From Bryobacterales bacterium (GTDB taxonomy: Bacteria; Acidobacteriota; Terriglobia; Bryobacterales; UBA6623): a stretch of 64,000 nucleotides of DNA. Positions 20,068 to 30,319 of this stretch are shown piece after piece. The stretch covers positions 3,954,277-4,018,276 of the forward strand of contig OZ242039.1 in assembly GCA_965205085.1 (NCBI GenBank), read 5' to 3'. The position numbers and the translations under genes are program-made. The notes below the pieces were generated by a model. That model searched no databases and was not told where the DNA came from. It saw only the letters and a program-made list of their open reading frames with translations. Within the stretch, counting starts at the first letter, position 1; each line of letters starts with the position of its first letter.

Positions 20068-20769
20068 ATGACCAAACTCACTCTCAAAACTTTCCTGATC
20101 GCAATCGCGGTGATGGCGTTGGGCAACCAATCAGCTGTCGCGCAGCCCTCAGCGGGTCAGGCGGTCGGAAAGATCTCCATCACCAACATCAGCAATCACA
20201 TTCTCGCGCCCATCCTTGTCGTCACGCACCGCAAGGGGGTTTCCCCAGTCTTTACCCCGGCGATGCCGGCCAGTAAGGAACTGGCAGAATTGGCGGAAGC
20301 GGGCAGCCCCGCAGCCCTTGAGGCCATGATGAACACCCATCCGGCCGTACTGCACGCAACCCACCTGCCGGGCATGCGTCCGAAGAGCAAGATCTGGCCC
20401 GGTGATACCGTGACTGCCGACATTGCGTTCGATCCGGGCCATATGGCCGTCTCGATTGCAGGCATGCTCGTGTCCACCAACGACGGGTTCGTGGGGTACC
20501 AGGGTGCGGAGATTCCTCTTCACGGCAGCAGGCACTACAAGGCTTATGCGTGGGATGCCGGCAGCGAGGCAAATACGGAATCCTGCTCGGACGTGCCGGG
20601 ACCTCCGTGTTCCGCGGAAAGCGGCAATGCCCGCGTTACGGAGGGCGCAGAGGGCGTGGTCCTGATCCATCCCGGAATCCACGGGATGTCGGACGTCACC
20701 CGCAAATACGACTGGCGAGGTCCCATGGTAATGTTCACGGTGTCGGGACTCGGTGTCGCGGAGCACTAG
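20068..20769 (+). CDS. Secreted spondin_N domain protein
   Basis: Signal peptide, then ITNISNHILAPILVVTH..., PASKELAELAEAGSP, MLVSTNDGFVG and AWDAGSEANTE, all typical of bacterial spondin-N homologues. Confidence 0.7.
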   Translation: MTKLTLKTFLIAIAVMALGNQSAVAQPSAGQAVGKISITNISNHILAPILVVTHRKGVSPVFTPAMPASKELAELAEAGSPAALEAMMNTHPAVLHATHLPGMRPKSKIWPGDTVTADIAFDPGHMAVSIAGMLVSTNDGFVGYQGAEIPLHGSRHYKAYAWDAGSEANTESCSDVPGPPCSAESGNARVTEGAEGVVLIHPGIHGMSDVTRKYDWRGPMVMFTVSGLGVAEH

Positions 20770-21663
20770 ACGACGGCCCGAGCTTCTGGCGCAGCGGTAG
20801 TCCCAATGGGGCGGCGCAAGGACGTCGCCCCAGCAGGTCGCGGGGCGGTTCCGTGCGGTGGAGGGGTGCCTGACACCCTGACATGACGTTCTGGACAAGG
20901 TCAGGCGATGCAGAGTCGTTCGCTTCCACGGTCGCTGGATGCGGAACGATCAAATCTGCTAGGCCTTGAGCAAACCTTGGGGGAGATCCTGGGCACGTCC
21001 CGCGACCGCTCCCCTCTCGAACAGCGGTGTCCGTCAGGAACAAGTCGGGCGTGTGAGCCCGACTTGACGGGCAGGCAGCGTCTGCACCAGTGGCATCCAG
21101 AGGTGTGCGCGCCCGCGAACAGGGCCTGGCGTGAAGAGGATCTGGCCTGCTACGTCCCGATCAAGTTGCTCGGAACCGCAGAAAGGTGGGTAGCTGTTCT
21201 TGTGAGAGTGCGCCAAGCGACGTCGTCACGATGACGGATGATCGGGCGAACCTGGAAGGGGACCCTCAGCGCTTGTTCGCTTCGGCCTCAACCGCCGACC
21301 CGGATTCCGCCTTGATCGGCCTGGCCGGCGAATTCGCCCCGTGGCGACCGAAGGCCTCCGGGAACAACTCGGGAGGAAGCCTGCAGGCGATGGGCGGGCG
21401 ACATTGAGCGCCCATCGGCCGTCCGAATCGAGATCCGAAGGAACCCCAGCCACTCGGTCAGGTGGGATCTAGAGGACACTTCAGCACCGACGTGCGAGAA
21501 ACCCATTCCTGTGGCCCCGGGAACGCGGACGCCGCCTTTCTCCCGGACTGAAGCTGCCGGCGTCCGACGGCAAGCGGGGCCGGAATCGGGCCGAAACGAT
21601 GTCGCCCGTATGTGCGAAACTCACATTGGTCGGTGCCCGCGTTCTTGACACCGGCCCTTGCCT

Positions 21664-22872
21664 ATGGATTCTCTGCATTTCGAGGAGGCTCGCAGCATCG
21701 TACTCGAGCGAATTCGCGAGTGTCGTCGGGCCTTGGACGTGGAAGTCGTCCCTCTGGACCAGGCCGACCTACGAATCCTTGCGCGGGACGTGCTGGCCGA
21801 TCGTGACTACCCGCCCTTCAGCCGTTCGGCGCGGGACGGATTCGCCGTCATAGCCTCGGATGTCGAGCAGGTCCCGGTGACGCTCGACGTGGTCGGAGAG
21901 ACCCGTGCGGGGGAACCGTCCCGGTTCGCGCTGCGGCCCGGGCAGGCCGTTGAGATCATGACGGGTGCACCAGGCCCTGCCCATGCCGATGCCGTAGTCA
22001 TGGTGGAGCACTCGCAACGGGACGGAGCCCGCGTTACGCTCAGCGATTCGGTGCGCCCGGGACGGAACCTCGTCCGGGCCGGTTCCGAGGCGAGGCGCGG
22101 TGAGGTCGTTATGGGCTCAGGGACGCAGATCGGATTCGCTCAGGTCGCACTTCTGGGTACGGTGGGTTGCACCCGGGTTCCGGTGTTTCGGAAGCCCGAA
22201 GTAGCCATCCTCTCGACAGGGGACGAGATCGTGCCGGTCGCGGCATCGCCGGAGGTGTACCAGATTCGCAATTCGAACGCGCATTCCCTCGCTTCGCAGG
22301 TCCGCCGGCGGGGGGGCCGCCCCAAGATCCTGCCGGTCGCCAAGGACCGTCCGGACGAGACGCGCAGGTTGATCGAGGAAGGCCTGCACAGTGATGTTCT
22401 GGTCCTGTCCGGAGGCGTCTCCATGGGAAAGCACGATCTGGTCAGGGACGTTCTGGATGGACTTGGAGCAGAAATCTTCTTCACAACGGTGCGGATTCAG
22501 CCGGGAAAGCCCCTGGTCTTCGGGCGCGTCGGCACTACCCCCGTCTTCGGACTGCCCGGCAATCCGCTCTCGACGATGGTAACGTTCGAGGTGTTCGCGT
22601 CGGTCGCCGTCGACCTGTTCGGGGGCGCGACGGATTCTCCGCTGCAGTTCCAGTCGGTCCGGCTGGCCGAGCCGTTCCGGCACAAGCCCGTGCTGACGCG
22701 CTTCATTGGGGCGAGACTTGACGGGGAATACGGCGCGACTTCGGTCCGTCCCGACCGGGGCCAAGGGTCGGGGGACGTGACAGCGTTCGCACGGGCCGAT
22801 TGCCTGATGGTGGCCCCGGACTCGCGGGCCGCCTGGGAGGCCGGCGACTGGATCGAGGTAATGTCCCTGTGA
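21664..22872 (+). CDS. moeA: Molybdopterin molybdotransferase
   Basis: MDSLHFEEARSIVL..., EIMTGAP.P..ADAVVMVE, SGGVSMGKHDLVRDVL and GLPGNPLS. The ATG at 21664 is preferred over the TTG at 21658. Confidence 0.9.
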   Translation: MDSLHFEEARSIVLERIRECRRALDVEVVPLDQADLRILARDVLADRDYPPFSRSARDGFAVIASDVEQVPVTLDVVGETRAGEPSRFALRPGQAVEIMTGAPGPAHADAVVMVEHSQRDGARVTLSDSVRPGRNLVRAGSEARRGEVVMGSGTQIGFAQVALLGTVGCTRVPVFRKPEVAILSTGDEIVPVAASPEVYQIRNSNAHSLASQVRRRGGRPKILPVAKDRPDETRRLIEEGLHSDVLVLSGGVSMGKHDLVRDVLDGLGAEIFFTTVRIQPGKPLVFGRVGTTPVFGLPGNPLSTMVTFEVFASVAVDLFGGATDSPLQFQSVRLAEPFRHKPVLTRFIGARLDGEYGATSVRPDRGQGSGDVTAFARADCLMVAPDSRAAWEAGDWIEVMSL

Positions 22873-23366
22873 GCGGGCTGAGCCACTACGACGACGCCGG
22901 CGCCGCCTCCATGGTCGATGTCGGTTCCAAACCCGCCACAAAGCGGACCGCCACCGCCCGTGCATTCGTGAGGATCCGGTCAGAGGTGCTGGCCGCCATC
23001 CCCAAGAACCCCAAGGGCAACCCATTGGAGGTGGCGCGAATCGCCGGCATCCAGGCAGCCAAGAAGACTCCCGATCTGATTCCGCTTTGCCATTCGCTGC
23101 CGCTGACCCATGTGGACGTCGTTACCGAGGTTACGAATGGCGGGGTCTCGATCACGGCCACGGCCTCGACGGTAGCAGCTACCGGCGTCGAGATGGAGGC
23201 GATGACCGCCGCGGCCATCGCCGGCCTCACGGTCTACGACATGTGCAAGGCACTCGACAAGGGAATCGAGATCCGGAGGGTTGTCCTGCTGGAAAAGACA
23301 GGCGGCAAGAGCGGCCGTTACGTCCGCCGTCCGCACAGCGAATCCGGCGACCCAGGGACCCGATAG
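22869..23366 (+). CDS. moaC: Cyclic pyranopterin monophosphate synthase
   Basis: LSHYDD.G.ASMVDVG.K..T.R.A.A, GNPLEVARIAGIQAAKKT.DLIPLCH.LPL and MEAMTA. The GTG start overlaps the moeA stop (GTGA). Confidence 0.9.
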   Translation: MSGLSHYDDAGAASMVDVGSKPATKRTATARAFVRIRSEVLAAIPKNPKGNPLEVARIAGIQAAKKTPDLIPLCHSLPLTHVDVVTEVTNGGVSITATASTVAATGVEMEAMTAAAIAGLTVYDMCKALDKGIEIRRVVLLEKTGGKSGRYVRRPHSESGDPGTR

Positions 23367-23390
23367 GCGAGACTGAGATAGGAGAGACTC

Positions 23391-24563
23391 ATGCAGCGAT
23401 CTTGTGCAACCTGGACGGTCGTCGGGGTGCTGGCAGCCGGCCTGGCCGTCTCCGTGGTGCCGTTGCCGGCGCAGGACGAGGGTGATCTGTTCGATCCGGA
23501 GACTCTCTTCGAGTCCGAGCAGCCTGCGATCTTCCTGGAAGAGTTCGACGAGGTGACAGTCCCGCTGACCGTGCGCAGCCGCAAAGGCGACTACGTTCAC
23601 GACATGATCGAAGAAGATTTCACGATCTACGACAACGACGTGAAGCAGGAGGTCGCCGGTTTCGACATCAGCTTCCTGCCCATCTCCATGGTGATCTGCG
23701 TCCAGACGAGCGATCGCGTGGAAGGCATTCTGGGCGACATACGCAAGTCGGCCTATCTGTTCACGGAGCTGGTCCTGGGCCAGAACGGAGAGGCCGCCGT
23801 GATGACGTTCGACAGCCGCATCAGGCTGCTCGAGGACTTCACCAACGACACCGGGAAGATTGACAAGGCGCTCAAGTCGATGCGCATCGGCACCTCGTCC
23901 GTGGCCCTCGCGGACGCCGTGTACAGCGCGGTACGGATGCTCCTGAAGCGCCCCGAGACGCACCACAAGATCATTGTCGTGATCTCCGAATCGCAGAACA
24001 ACGGGAGCCGGATCGGTCTCGGGGAGAGCTTGCGGACCGCGCAGCTGTATAACATCGTCCTGTATCCCGTACGGCTCTCGACACTCTCGGCGCGCCTTCG
24101 GCGGAAGCCGGAAGTGAAGCCCCCGAACATCCCCGCCGGCGTCGTCGTGCGCCCCACCATGCCCGGTACCCCCGCCACGCCGACAACCCAGCAGCAGAGC
24201 ACCTACAGCGTAACCCCGAACATGATCCCGATTATCATCGACCTCGTCCGGGGAGCGAAGAACCTGGTGTTCAGCAACCCCCTGGAGATCTTGGCTGACG
24301 GAACGGGAGGCCGGGATTTCAGCCCGCGCACGAGCCGCGGCGTTCAGGAGTCGATTATCCGGATTGGCGAGGACATCCGGAGCCAGTACCGGCTCAGCTA
24401 TCGACCGAACAACCTCAACGAGCGGGGGATCTACCACCGAATCCGCGTGGAAGTTCCCTACGAGAGTCTCCGGGTTCGTCACCGGGTGGGTTATTATCAC
24501 GGCCCCTCGCCGGTCTTCGACGGAGATCCGGTCGAGGCCGGCCAGGCCGACCCGGTCCAGTAG
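23391..24563 (+). CDS. VWA domain protein of the acidobacterial VWFA-related type
   Basis: RBS GGAGAG and a signal peptide. The layout is ...FTIYDNDVKQEV.GF...SRIRLLEDFTND...ALADAVYSAV.ML...HKIIVVISESQNNGS, as in TIGR03436-like proteins. Confidence 0.85.
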   Translation: MQRSCATWTVVGVLAAGLAVSVVPLPAQDEGDLFDPETLFESEQPAIFLEEFDEVTVPLTVRSRKGDYVHDMIEEDFTIYDNDVKQEVAGFDISFLPISMVICVQTSDRVEGILGDIRKSAYLFTELVLGQNGEAAVMTFDSRIRLLEDFTNDTGKIDKALKSMRIGTSSVALADAVYSAVRMLLKRPETHHKIIVVISESQNNGSRIGLGESLRTAQLYNIVLYPVRLSTLSARLRRKPEVKPPNIPAGVVVRPTMPGTPATPTTQQQSTYSVTPNMIPIIIDLVRGAKNLVFSNPLEILADGTGGRDFSPRTSRGVQESIIRIGEDIRSQYRLSYRPNNLNERGIYHRIRVEVPYESLRVRHRVGYYHGPSPVFDGDPVEAGQADPVQ

Positions 24564-24682
24564 CTTCGCTCTCGACCTCCGAGACTACGCACTGGCGGGC
24601 AGCGGTCTCGACTGCCAGCACTGTGCAGTTCTCTCCCTCGGGGACCGGAGCCGTGCCGGCTGCGGCAGACCGGGCACGACGG

Positions 24683-25450
24683 TCAATGCGACAGAATCTG
24701 GCCGAGAAAGAGTCTTGCGCGGTCGCTCTCGGGGTGAGCGAAGAACCGGTCGGGAGGAGCCGACTCGACGATCCGGCCCTCGTCCATGAAGACGATCTCG
24801 TCGGCAACCGTCCTCGCGAAATCCATCTCGTGCGTAACGACGATCATGGTCATGCGGCTCTTCGCGAGATCGGCCAGCACGTCCAGAACTTCCTGGATCA
24901 TCTCAGGGTCCAGTGCGGAAGTTGGTTCGTCGAACAGCAGGACCTTCGGCCGGACGCACAGAGAACGGGCGATAGCGACCCTTTGCTGCTGGCCACCCGA
25001 GAGCTGGCTGGGGTACTTGTCCGCCTGATCCGCAATCCTCACGCGTGCGAGATACTCCATTGCCAGATTCCGAGCCTCGCGGTCCGGCAACCCCCGGGCC
25101 TTGGTCGGACCCAGGGTACAGTTCTCGAGGACAGTGAGGTGGGGGAAGAGGTTGAACTGCTGAAACACCATCCCGACCTCCTTCCGGACTGCGCCGAGGC
25201 TCCTCCTGTCATCGCCGAGCTCCCGCCCTGCGACCGCAATGCGACCTTCGTGATGCTCCTCGAGTCCGTTGATACAGCGAATCAGCGTCGACTTGCCGGA
25301 TCCGGACGGGCCGCAGACAACGACCCGCTCGCCCTCCCGAACCCCAAGATTGATGTCCTTGAGGACGGGGAAGTCGCCGAACCACTTGCTGACCCCCTCG
25401 AATTCGACTACCAGCCTGCGATGGGCCCGGCAGTCCTCGTGAATGCTCAC
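24683..25450 (-). CDS. Polar amino-acid ABC transporter ATP-binding protein
   Basis: Walker A GPSGSGKST, signature LSGGQQQRVAIAR and Walker B LLFDEPTSALD. The GTG start overlaps the permease stop (GTGA). Confidence 0.9.
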   Translation of the reverse strand: MSIHEDCRAHRRLVVEFEGVSKWFGDFPVLKDINLGVREGERVVVCGPSGSGKSTLIRCINGLEEHHEGRIAVAGRELGDDRRSLGAVRKEVGMVFQQFNLFPHLTVLENCTLGPTKARGLPDREARNLAMEYLARVRIADQADKYPSQLSGGQQQRVAIARSLCVRPKVLLFDEPTSALDPEMIQEVLDVLADLAKSRMTMIVVTHEMDFARTVADEIVFMDEGRIVESAPPDRFFAHPESDRARLFLGQILSH

Positions 25451-26337
25451 TGGCGTCGTGCCTCCGCACGGCGCTCGAGCCGGTTGAACAGCAGCGCACC
25501 CGAATAACATACGACGAAGTACATGGCCGCCACCGTCAGCCACACCTCGAAGACGCGAGTCGTGGAAACGGCGATCTCGGTGGCGAGAAAGGTCAGCTCC
25601 TGGATCGAGATCAAGGACACGATGGAAGAGTCCTTGATCAGTGTGACGAACTGTCCGGCAAGCGGTGGAATGACCCGCTGCACCGCCTGTGGAAGAACGA
25701 CGTAACGCATCACCTGCCGGTTCGAGAGTCCGACGCTGAAGCCGGCTTCGGCCTGGACCGAGGGAACGGATTCAATGCCAGCCCGCACGATCTCGGCCAC
25801 GTAGGCCCCCTCGAACATGGCGAGGCAAAGGACTCCTGCCAGGACGTTCGGAAAGATCTCCGGCGGCCCAAACAGGACCGCCAGCCAGTGCAGTGTGTTT
25901 GGCGAGGCCCGACGCACAAACTCCTCCACGCCGAGCGCAGGCATGATCTGGCTGCCGATGAAGAAGTAGAAGATGAAGACGAACACCAGCGGGGGAGTGT
26001 TGCGGATCAACTCGACGTACGCGCGGCCCAGCATGCGGGGAAGCAGTCGCTGGCCGGTGCGCATGATGCCGAACCCGGTGCCGATCGGCGCTGCCAGTAC
26101 AATGCCCCAGAGCGCGAGCCGCAGCGTCGTTTGCAATCCCTGGACCAGCAGGTTCGGGACCCACCTCTCCTGCGCGGAGTCCCAGCGGTACAGGTAGCCT
26201 GGCACGACGGACCAGTCCCAGCGGTACTCCAGAACCGAATGGACCCGGTATCCGATGTAGGCAGTCACCACGATGAGGACAGCGAACGTGGCGTAGTCAA
26301 ACCAGAGCAGCCGGAGTTTCCTGCGATGCGTCGCCAT
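25447..26337 (-). CDS. Amino-acid ABC transporter permease (His/Glu/Gln/Arg/opine family)
   Basis: Multi-pass membrane protein with the EAA-loop region FEGAYVAEIVRAGIESVP..Q.EA..S.GLS..Q. Confidence 0.9.
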   Translation of the reverse strand: MATHRRKLRLLWFDYATFAVLIVVTAYIGYRVHSVLEYRWDWSVVPGYLYRWDSAQERWVPNLLVQGLQTTLRLALWGIVLAAPIGTGFGIMRTGQRLLPRMLGRAYVELIRNTPPLVFVFIFYFFIGSQIMPALGVEEFVRRASPNTLHWLAVLFGPPEIFPNVLAGVLCLAMFEGAYVAEIVRAGIESVPSVQAEAGFSVGLSNRQVMRYVVLPQAVQRVIPPLAGQFVTLIKDSSIVSLISIQELTFLATEIAVSTTRVFEVWLTVAAMYFVVCYSGALLFNRLERRAEARRQ

Positions 26338-26370
26338 GGTTCTTGGCAGGTGCCGGATGCTTGCTACGGC

Positions 26371-27222
26371 CTAGCTGCCGGCCTGCTCCAGGTCGACTTG
26401 CCCGGTCCAGTCGGCAGTCTTGAACCAGTAGAAGTGACGGTCCTGCAGCCAGCCATTGCTTGTGTTCACGCGAATCCAATTGGAAAAGAAGTTGAGTGCG
26501 TCCGGGTCACCCTTGCGCAGCCCGAAGGCTTCGTTGCCCTCTGCCAGGTTGTCCGTCGTCGGGAGGAAGAGCTGCTCGGCGTACTGATGAACCAGCAGGG
26601 TTGGAGTCGGATACGACGCAACGAAAGCATGGGCGTTGCCGTTCAATACTTCCTGGGCAGACTGCGAGTCGTCGTCGAACCTGCGAACCGTCGCGCTCGG
26701 GAGCAACTCGCGGATCGCCTTGCAGGGCGTGGCGCCTCGCCGGCACGCAAACGTTACCTCAGGACGGTTGTAATCGTCCGGCCAGCGCATGTCTTTCGCG
26801 AGTTTTCTGTTGGCCGCGACTCCCACGCCGGAATGGGCGTACGGTACGGTGAAATTGATGGTCAGGTTGCGTTGAGCCGTGACGCTGAGACCGCCCACGA
26901 TGATGTCGAACTTGCGGGCAATCAGAGCTGGAATGATCCCGTCCCAGGCGGTCGGTACGAACTCGATGCCCACTCCCATGTCCCCTGCGAGCTTCTTCGC
27001 CACATCGATTTCGAAGCCGACCAGCGCACCGCTGGTGTCCCGCATCGCCCAGGGTACAAACGTCGAGACACCGACTCGCAGGGCCCCCCGTTGCTGGATC
27101 GTCTCGATAACGCTGGCGGATGCAGGGTGCTGTGTGCCCCCCGGTGTGCAGCCTCCTGCCATGACCGCCCCGCAGGCGATGGCGGTCAGCCTGGGAATCA
27201 ACAGGGTTCCGTTCAGTCGCAA
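26371..27222 (-). CDS. Amino-acid ABC transporter substrate-binding lipoprotein (family 3 SBP)
   Basis: LRVGVSTFVPWAMRD.SGALVGFEIDVAKKLA...DGIIPALIARKFDIIVGGLS. The TTG at 27222 has AAGGAG 6 nt upstream and gives a signal ending MAGGC (lipobox). The ATG at 27282 would overlap the upstream permease. Confidence 0.85.
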   Translation of the reverse strand: MRLNGTLLIPRLTAIACGAVMAGGCTPGGTQHPASASVIETIQQRGALRVGVSTFVPWAMRDTSGALVGFEIDVAKKLAGDMGVGIEFVPTAWDGIIPALIARKFDIIVGGLSVTAQRNLTINFTVPYAHSGVGVAANRKLAKDMRWPDDYNRPEVTFACRRGATPCKAIRELLPSATVRRFDDDSQSAQEVLNGNAHAFVASYPTPTLLVHQYAEQLFLPTTDNLAEGNEAFGLRKGDPDALNFFSNWIRVNTSNGWLQDRHFYWFKTADWTGQVDLEQAGS

Positions 27223-27247
27223 TGGCTTCTCCTTACTTTCTCCGAGT

Positions 27248-28138
27248 TCAGCTGGCGGCCAGGGAGCGGGAAGTTCGGGCACCCGTCCGGACTCGGTGCT
27301 CGAGACGGCTCATGAGGATCGACAGGCTGATGGTCAGCGCCAGGTAGACAACGGCGACGGTCAGCCAGACTTCGAAGGTCAGGAACGTGTCTGCAACGAT
27401 GTTGCGGGCCTCGTTGGTGAGATCGAACACGGCAATGACGCTTACCATTGCCGAATTCCTGACCAGGGAGATGAGGACCCCTGTCAGGGGGGGCAACATC
27501 AGGGGCCCAGCCTGCGGAAGGATGACATGCCGGTAGCTTTGCAGGCGGCCGAGGCCGACGCTATGGGCCGCCTCCATCTGGCCGCGCGGTACCGACACGA
27601 TTCCGCCTCGGATTACCTCGCAGGCGAATGCACCCTCAAAGACCGCAAGGCAAGCGACGCCCACCCAGAACCGGTCCAGCCCGATGATAGGACCGAAAAC
27701 GAAGTAGAAAACGTAGATCTGGACCAGCAGAGGGGTGTTTCGGACAGCCTCGAGGTAGATCTTCGCAACGGTTCGTCCGGCGATGGAGTCTGAGAGCCGC
27801 AGCAATGCTGTCGCCATCCCAATTGCAAGGGCCAGAAACGCACTGCAAGCGGTGATCTTCAAGGTGACCGCCAGTCCTTCGACCAAGGGCCCCCAAACGA
27901 GCTTGCCATCCACAATGCGCCAGAAGAAGCCGGGAATGCGATACCACTGCCAGGTGTAGCCCATGGCCATTGCCCCCGAGACGGTGAGCCACAGCAGAGA
28001 CACTACCAGCAACACGAGTTGCAGGACATCGAACCAGGGAGCGTTCCACCAGCGTTCCCGCCGCCTGAGCCTTCGCTTCCGATGGGAGGAGAACGGGGAC
28101 CGTTGCGCGGCCGGCTTCTTCGGAGTGGTGACCGGCAT
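27248..28138 (-). CDS. Amino-acid ABC transporter permease (second subunit)
   Basis: EAA region FEGAFACEVIRGGIVSVPRGQMEAAHSVGL. The start is uncertain, either 28138 or 28228. Confidence 0.85.
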   Translation of the reverse strand: MPVTTPKKPAAQRSPFSSHRKRRLRRRERWWNAPWFDVLQLVLLVVSLLWLTVSGAMAMGYTWQWYRIPGFFWRIVDGKLVWGPLVEGLAVTLKITACSAFLALAIGMATALLRLSDSIAGRTVAKIYLEAVRNTPLLVQIYVFYFVFGPIIGLDRFWVGVACLAVFEGAFACEVIRGGIVSVPRGQMEAAHSVGLGRLQSYRHVILPQAGPLMLPPLTGVLISLVRNSAMVSVIAVFDLTNEARNIVADTFLTFEVWLTVAVVYLALTISLSILMSRLEHRVRTGARTSRSLAAS

Positions 28139-28339
28139 TGCCTCGGTTTTCTGACCGCCCCTGACCGCTCCGCCCGCATGAAGGGCGAGGACGAGGAATA
28201 CCTGCGGCGGCTGTTCCAGAGTACCCATTCTCGGACACGGCTTGAGGTGCCGGCAGGGCGAACGCGGTCGGACTGGAATCGCAGATCACATCTGGGGTGG
28301 CCGGGTCCAGCGCGGCAGGCAGCTTCGGCGATCATCCCC

Positions 28340-28377
28340 TGCCGGTTGCACTAGGAAATGCGACAGCGGGCGGAGGG
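28340..28377 (+). repeat. Solo end (IR remnant) of the same IS30-family element
   Basis: tgccggttgcactaggaaatgcgacagcgggcggaggg matches the reverse complement of 7139-7176 at 36/38. Weak similarity continues for a few tens of nt (ctgatggg...) and then is lost. Confidence 0.7.
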
Positions 28378-28493
28378 GCCCACCTGCGCTAGGCCAGACC
28401 AACTACGGCTCGGGCACGGGACTGATGGGTAGCATCCCGGACCATCCACAGCTTGGCTTGCGGACCGGGCCCGCTGACGCCGGGCCAGAACGG

Positions 28494-29525
28494 CTAAGGC
28501 GAACTCTTGAGCCGCTGCAGCAGGTCGGTGCCGACATCGCAATCGACGATCCATTCGGCGATATCCTGCAACCGGTCCTGATCGTCAATCATCGCCAGAA
28601 GTCCGGCGACCGGCTCCGCCGTGTGAAGCCCAAACTTCCGACCGGCCTGCCGCACCAGCAGCTGCCGCTGCTGCTCCAGGCCTTGTTCCAGGCCTTGCTC
28701 TCGGCCCTCGGCCCGCAGCCGGGCTCGCTGCGCCTGAAAGCGCTCCTGCAGGGTGGTGCGCATCTTGCCACTGTGTATCATCTCCTCTATCCTTTCACGA
28801 TTCTCCAGCTGCTCCAAATCGATCCCGGTCTCCTGCAGGGTCGCCCGCAGCAACTGGAGATAGGTTGTCCAGACCGGCTCCTCCGGTTCGATCAGCCGCA
28901 CTCCCTCCTCCACGGCCTCGTTCGCGTCCTCCGGCCCCTCCATGCCCTCGGTCACCGCCAGCAGAGTGACCAGGTTGTTTTTCGGGAGCCGTGGCAGGGC
29001 CTTCAGGTCCACCAGCACGTAGCTGTCCCCGGTGAAGGCTGGCCCGGAGGCCTGCCCCGAGGCGAGCGGCCGGGTGCCCTCGCCCACCAGATCGCCCAGT
29101 CTGGTGGCTGCCTTCCAGGTGGCGGGGCCGTTGTAGACCACGACCGCCAGGATGGGCGGCAGACGGTCCTGGCGACCGGGGCGGCGGTCCTTCCACTGGT
29201 CCTCGTAGAGCCGCACGGCGTAACTCTGCACCCGCAGGGCCATGAACCAGTCGACCTGGGACTGGAATTCGAGCATCAGCAGGACGGGCAGCCACCGGGG
29301 CTGGCCGTCGGCATCGCGGAAGCGGACGCGCCAGACGAGATCGTTGATGCGGCGTTGGAGGGAGGCGTCGAGGTGTTAGGTGGGCAGGGGTTGGAGGGAG
29401 GAGAGGTCGAGTCGGGCGAGCCATTCCTGGCCGCCCTCGATCTGGTCGGCGACGAAGGCGGACAGGAGGTCGCGGACGGTCCGGGGATGGGAGAAGTAGG
29501 CCTTGTAGATTGCGTCGTAGTCCAT
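28494..29525 (-). pseudogene. Rpn/YhgA-like (PD-(D/E)XK) recombination-promoting nuclease / putative transposase, interrupted by one in-frame TAA
   Basis: MDYDAIYKAYFSHPRTVRDLL..FV...LDLSSLQPLPT-TAA(29376-29378)-HLDASLQRRINDLVWRVRF...LLMLEFQSQVDWFMALRVQSYAVRLYED... All of this is in one frame. The C-terminal tail is typical for the family. Confidence 0.8.
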
Positions 29526-30112
29526 GCTCACTCGTAGTCCATATTCACACTGTGGCAGGCCGCCCAAGCGCGGCGTGACCATTCTCGCATGAAGCGGCGA
29601 GGCCGGCTTGCAGCGGCCCGAGCCCGAGTCCCGCGCTGCAAGTAGTTTCTTGAGTTTGGTAACTGCCCAGATACTCTCCTATGAGACGCAGACGGTGAAT
29701 GCCGCAGAGGGGGGCTCTGGCGAAGGGGTTGATGGCGGGGTGGGGGAGTGCGCTGGAGCGGACGCCACGCGATCCAGAATGACCGGGTCCTGCCTTGGGG
29801 GGCCTCCCACAAGCGTCAGGGCCAAGGGGCAGATTGGACAGGAAGCGATCACAAGACTGTTCGCGGCAGCTGTGGAACTCCAGTTCACGATGGCGACGTT
29901 CTCGCGATGTTGGCGTGGAGATGTCTGGTCCAACGCAGAATTTCCCGTACAATCCATTTCAAGGTGGAGGGTCACCCGAGGCGGGAAGATGGAGCCAGGA
30001 TGGCGATGTTCCCTGCGATTGGGGCTCGGTCCGGAATCCCGCTGGAAACAGACCCGGTCTCCAGATGCCTGCCCCACCGGAAGAGTCAGTTGTGCTACAG
30101 TCTAAAGCAGCC

Positions 30113-30319
30113 ATGGCCATCCCGAACGCGAAGACCTACTCGATCTACCATCCCGAGACTCGCGAGCGAGCCACGATCGTAGCGGTCCTGCCGAAGGGAA
30201 CGGATGTCAAGGCCTACCTGGCCGGGGCAACCAAGCGTTTCGACTGGCAATCTTGGCAAGATCAGAAGGCGACGCTGAAGAGAGTTCGCGTTGGCCAGCA
30301 GAAGCAGCGGAAGCGCTAG
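30113..30319 (+). CDS. Small hypothetical protein (68 aa, basic C-terminus)
   Basis: MAIPNAKTYSIYHPETRERATIVAVLPKGTDVKAYLAGATKRFDWQSWQDQKATLKRVRVGQQKQRKR. The composition is protein-like and locally lower in GC, but there is no clear RBS. Confidence 0.3.
   Translation: MAIPNAKTYSIYHPETRERATIVAVLPKGTDVKAYLAGATKRFDWQSWQDQKATLKRVRVGQQKQRKR

Noticed and set aside
22980-24500. A 506-aa minus-strand ORF. Similar long antisense ORFs occur at 37740-39503, 40338-42515, 54179-55246, 56002-57258, 59375-60406, 46017-46624 and 16806-17915.
   Set aside because: All lie opposite CDSs with clear family motifs and have the Arg/Pro/Gly/His-rich composition typical of spurious ORFs in GC-rich DNA.
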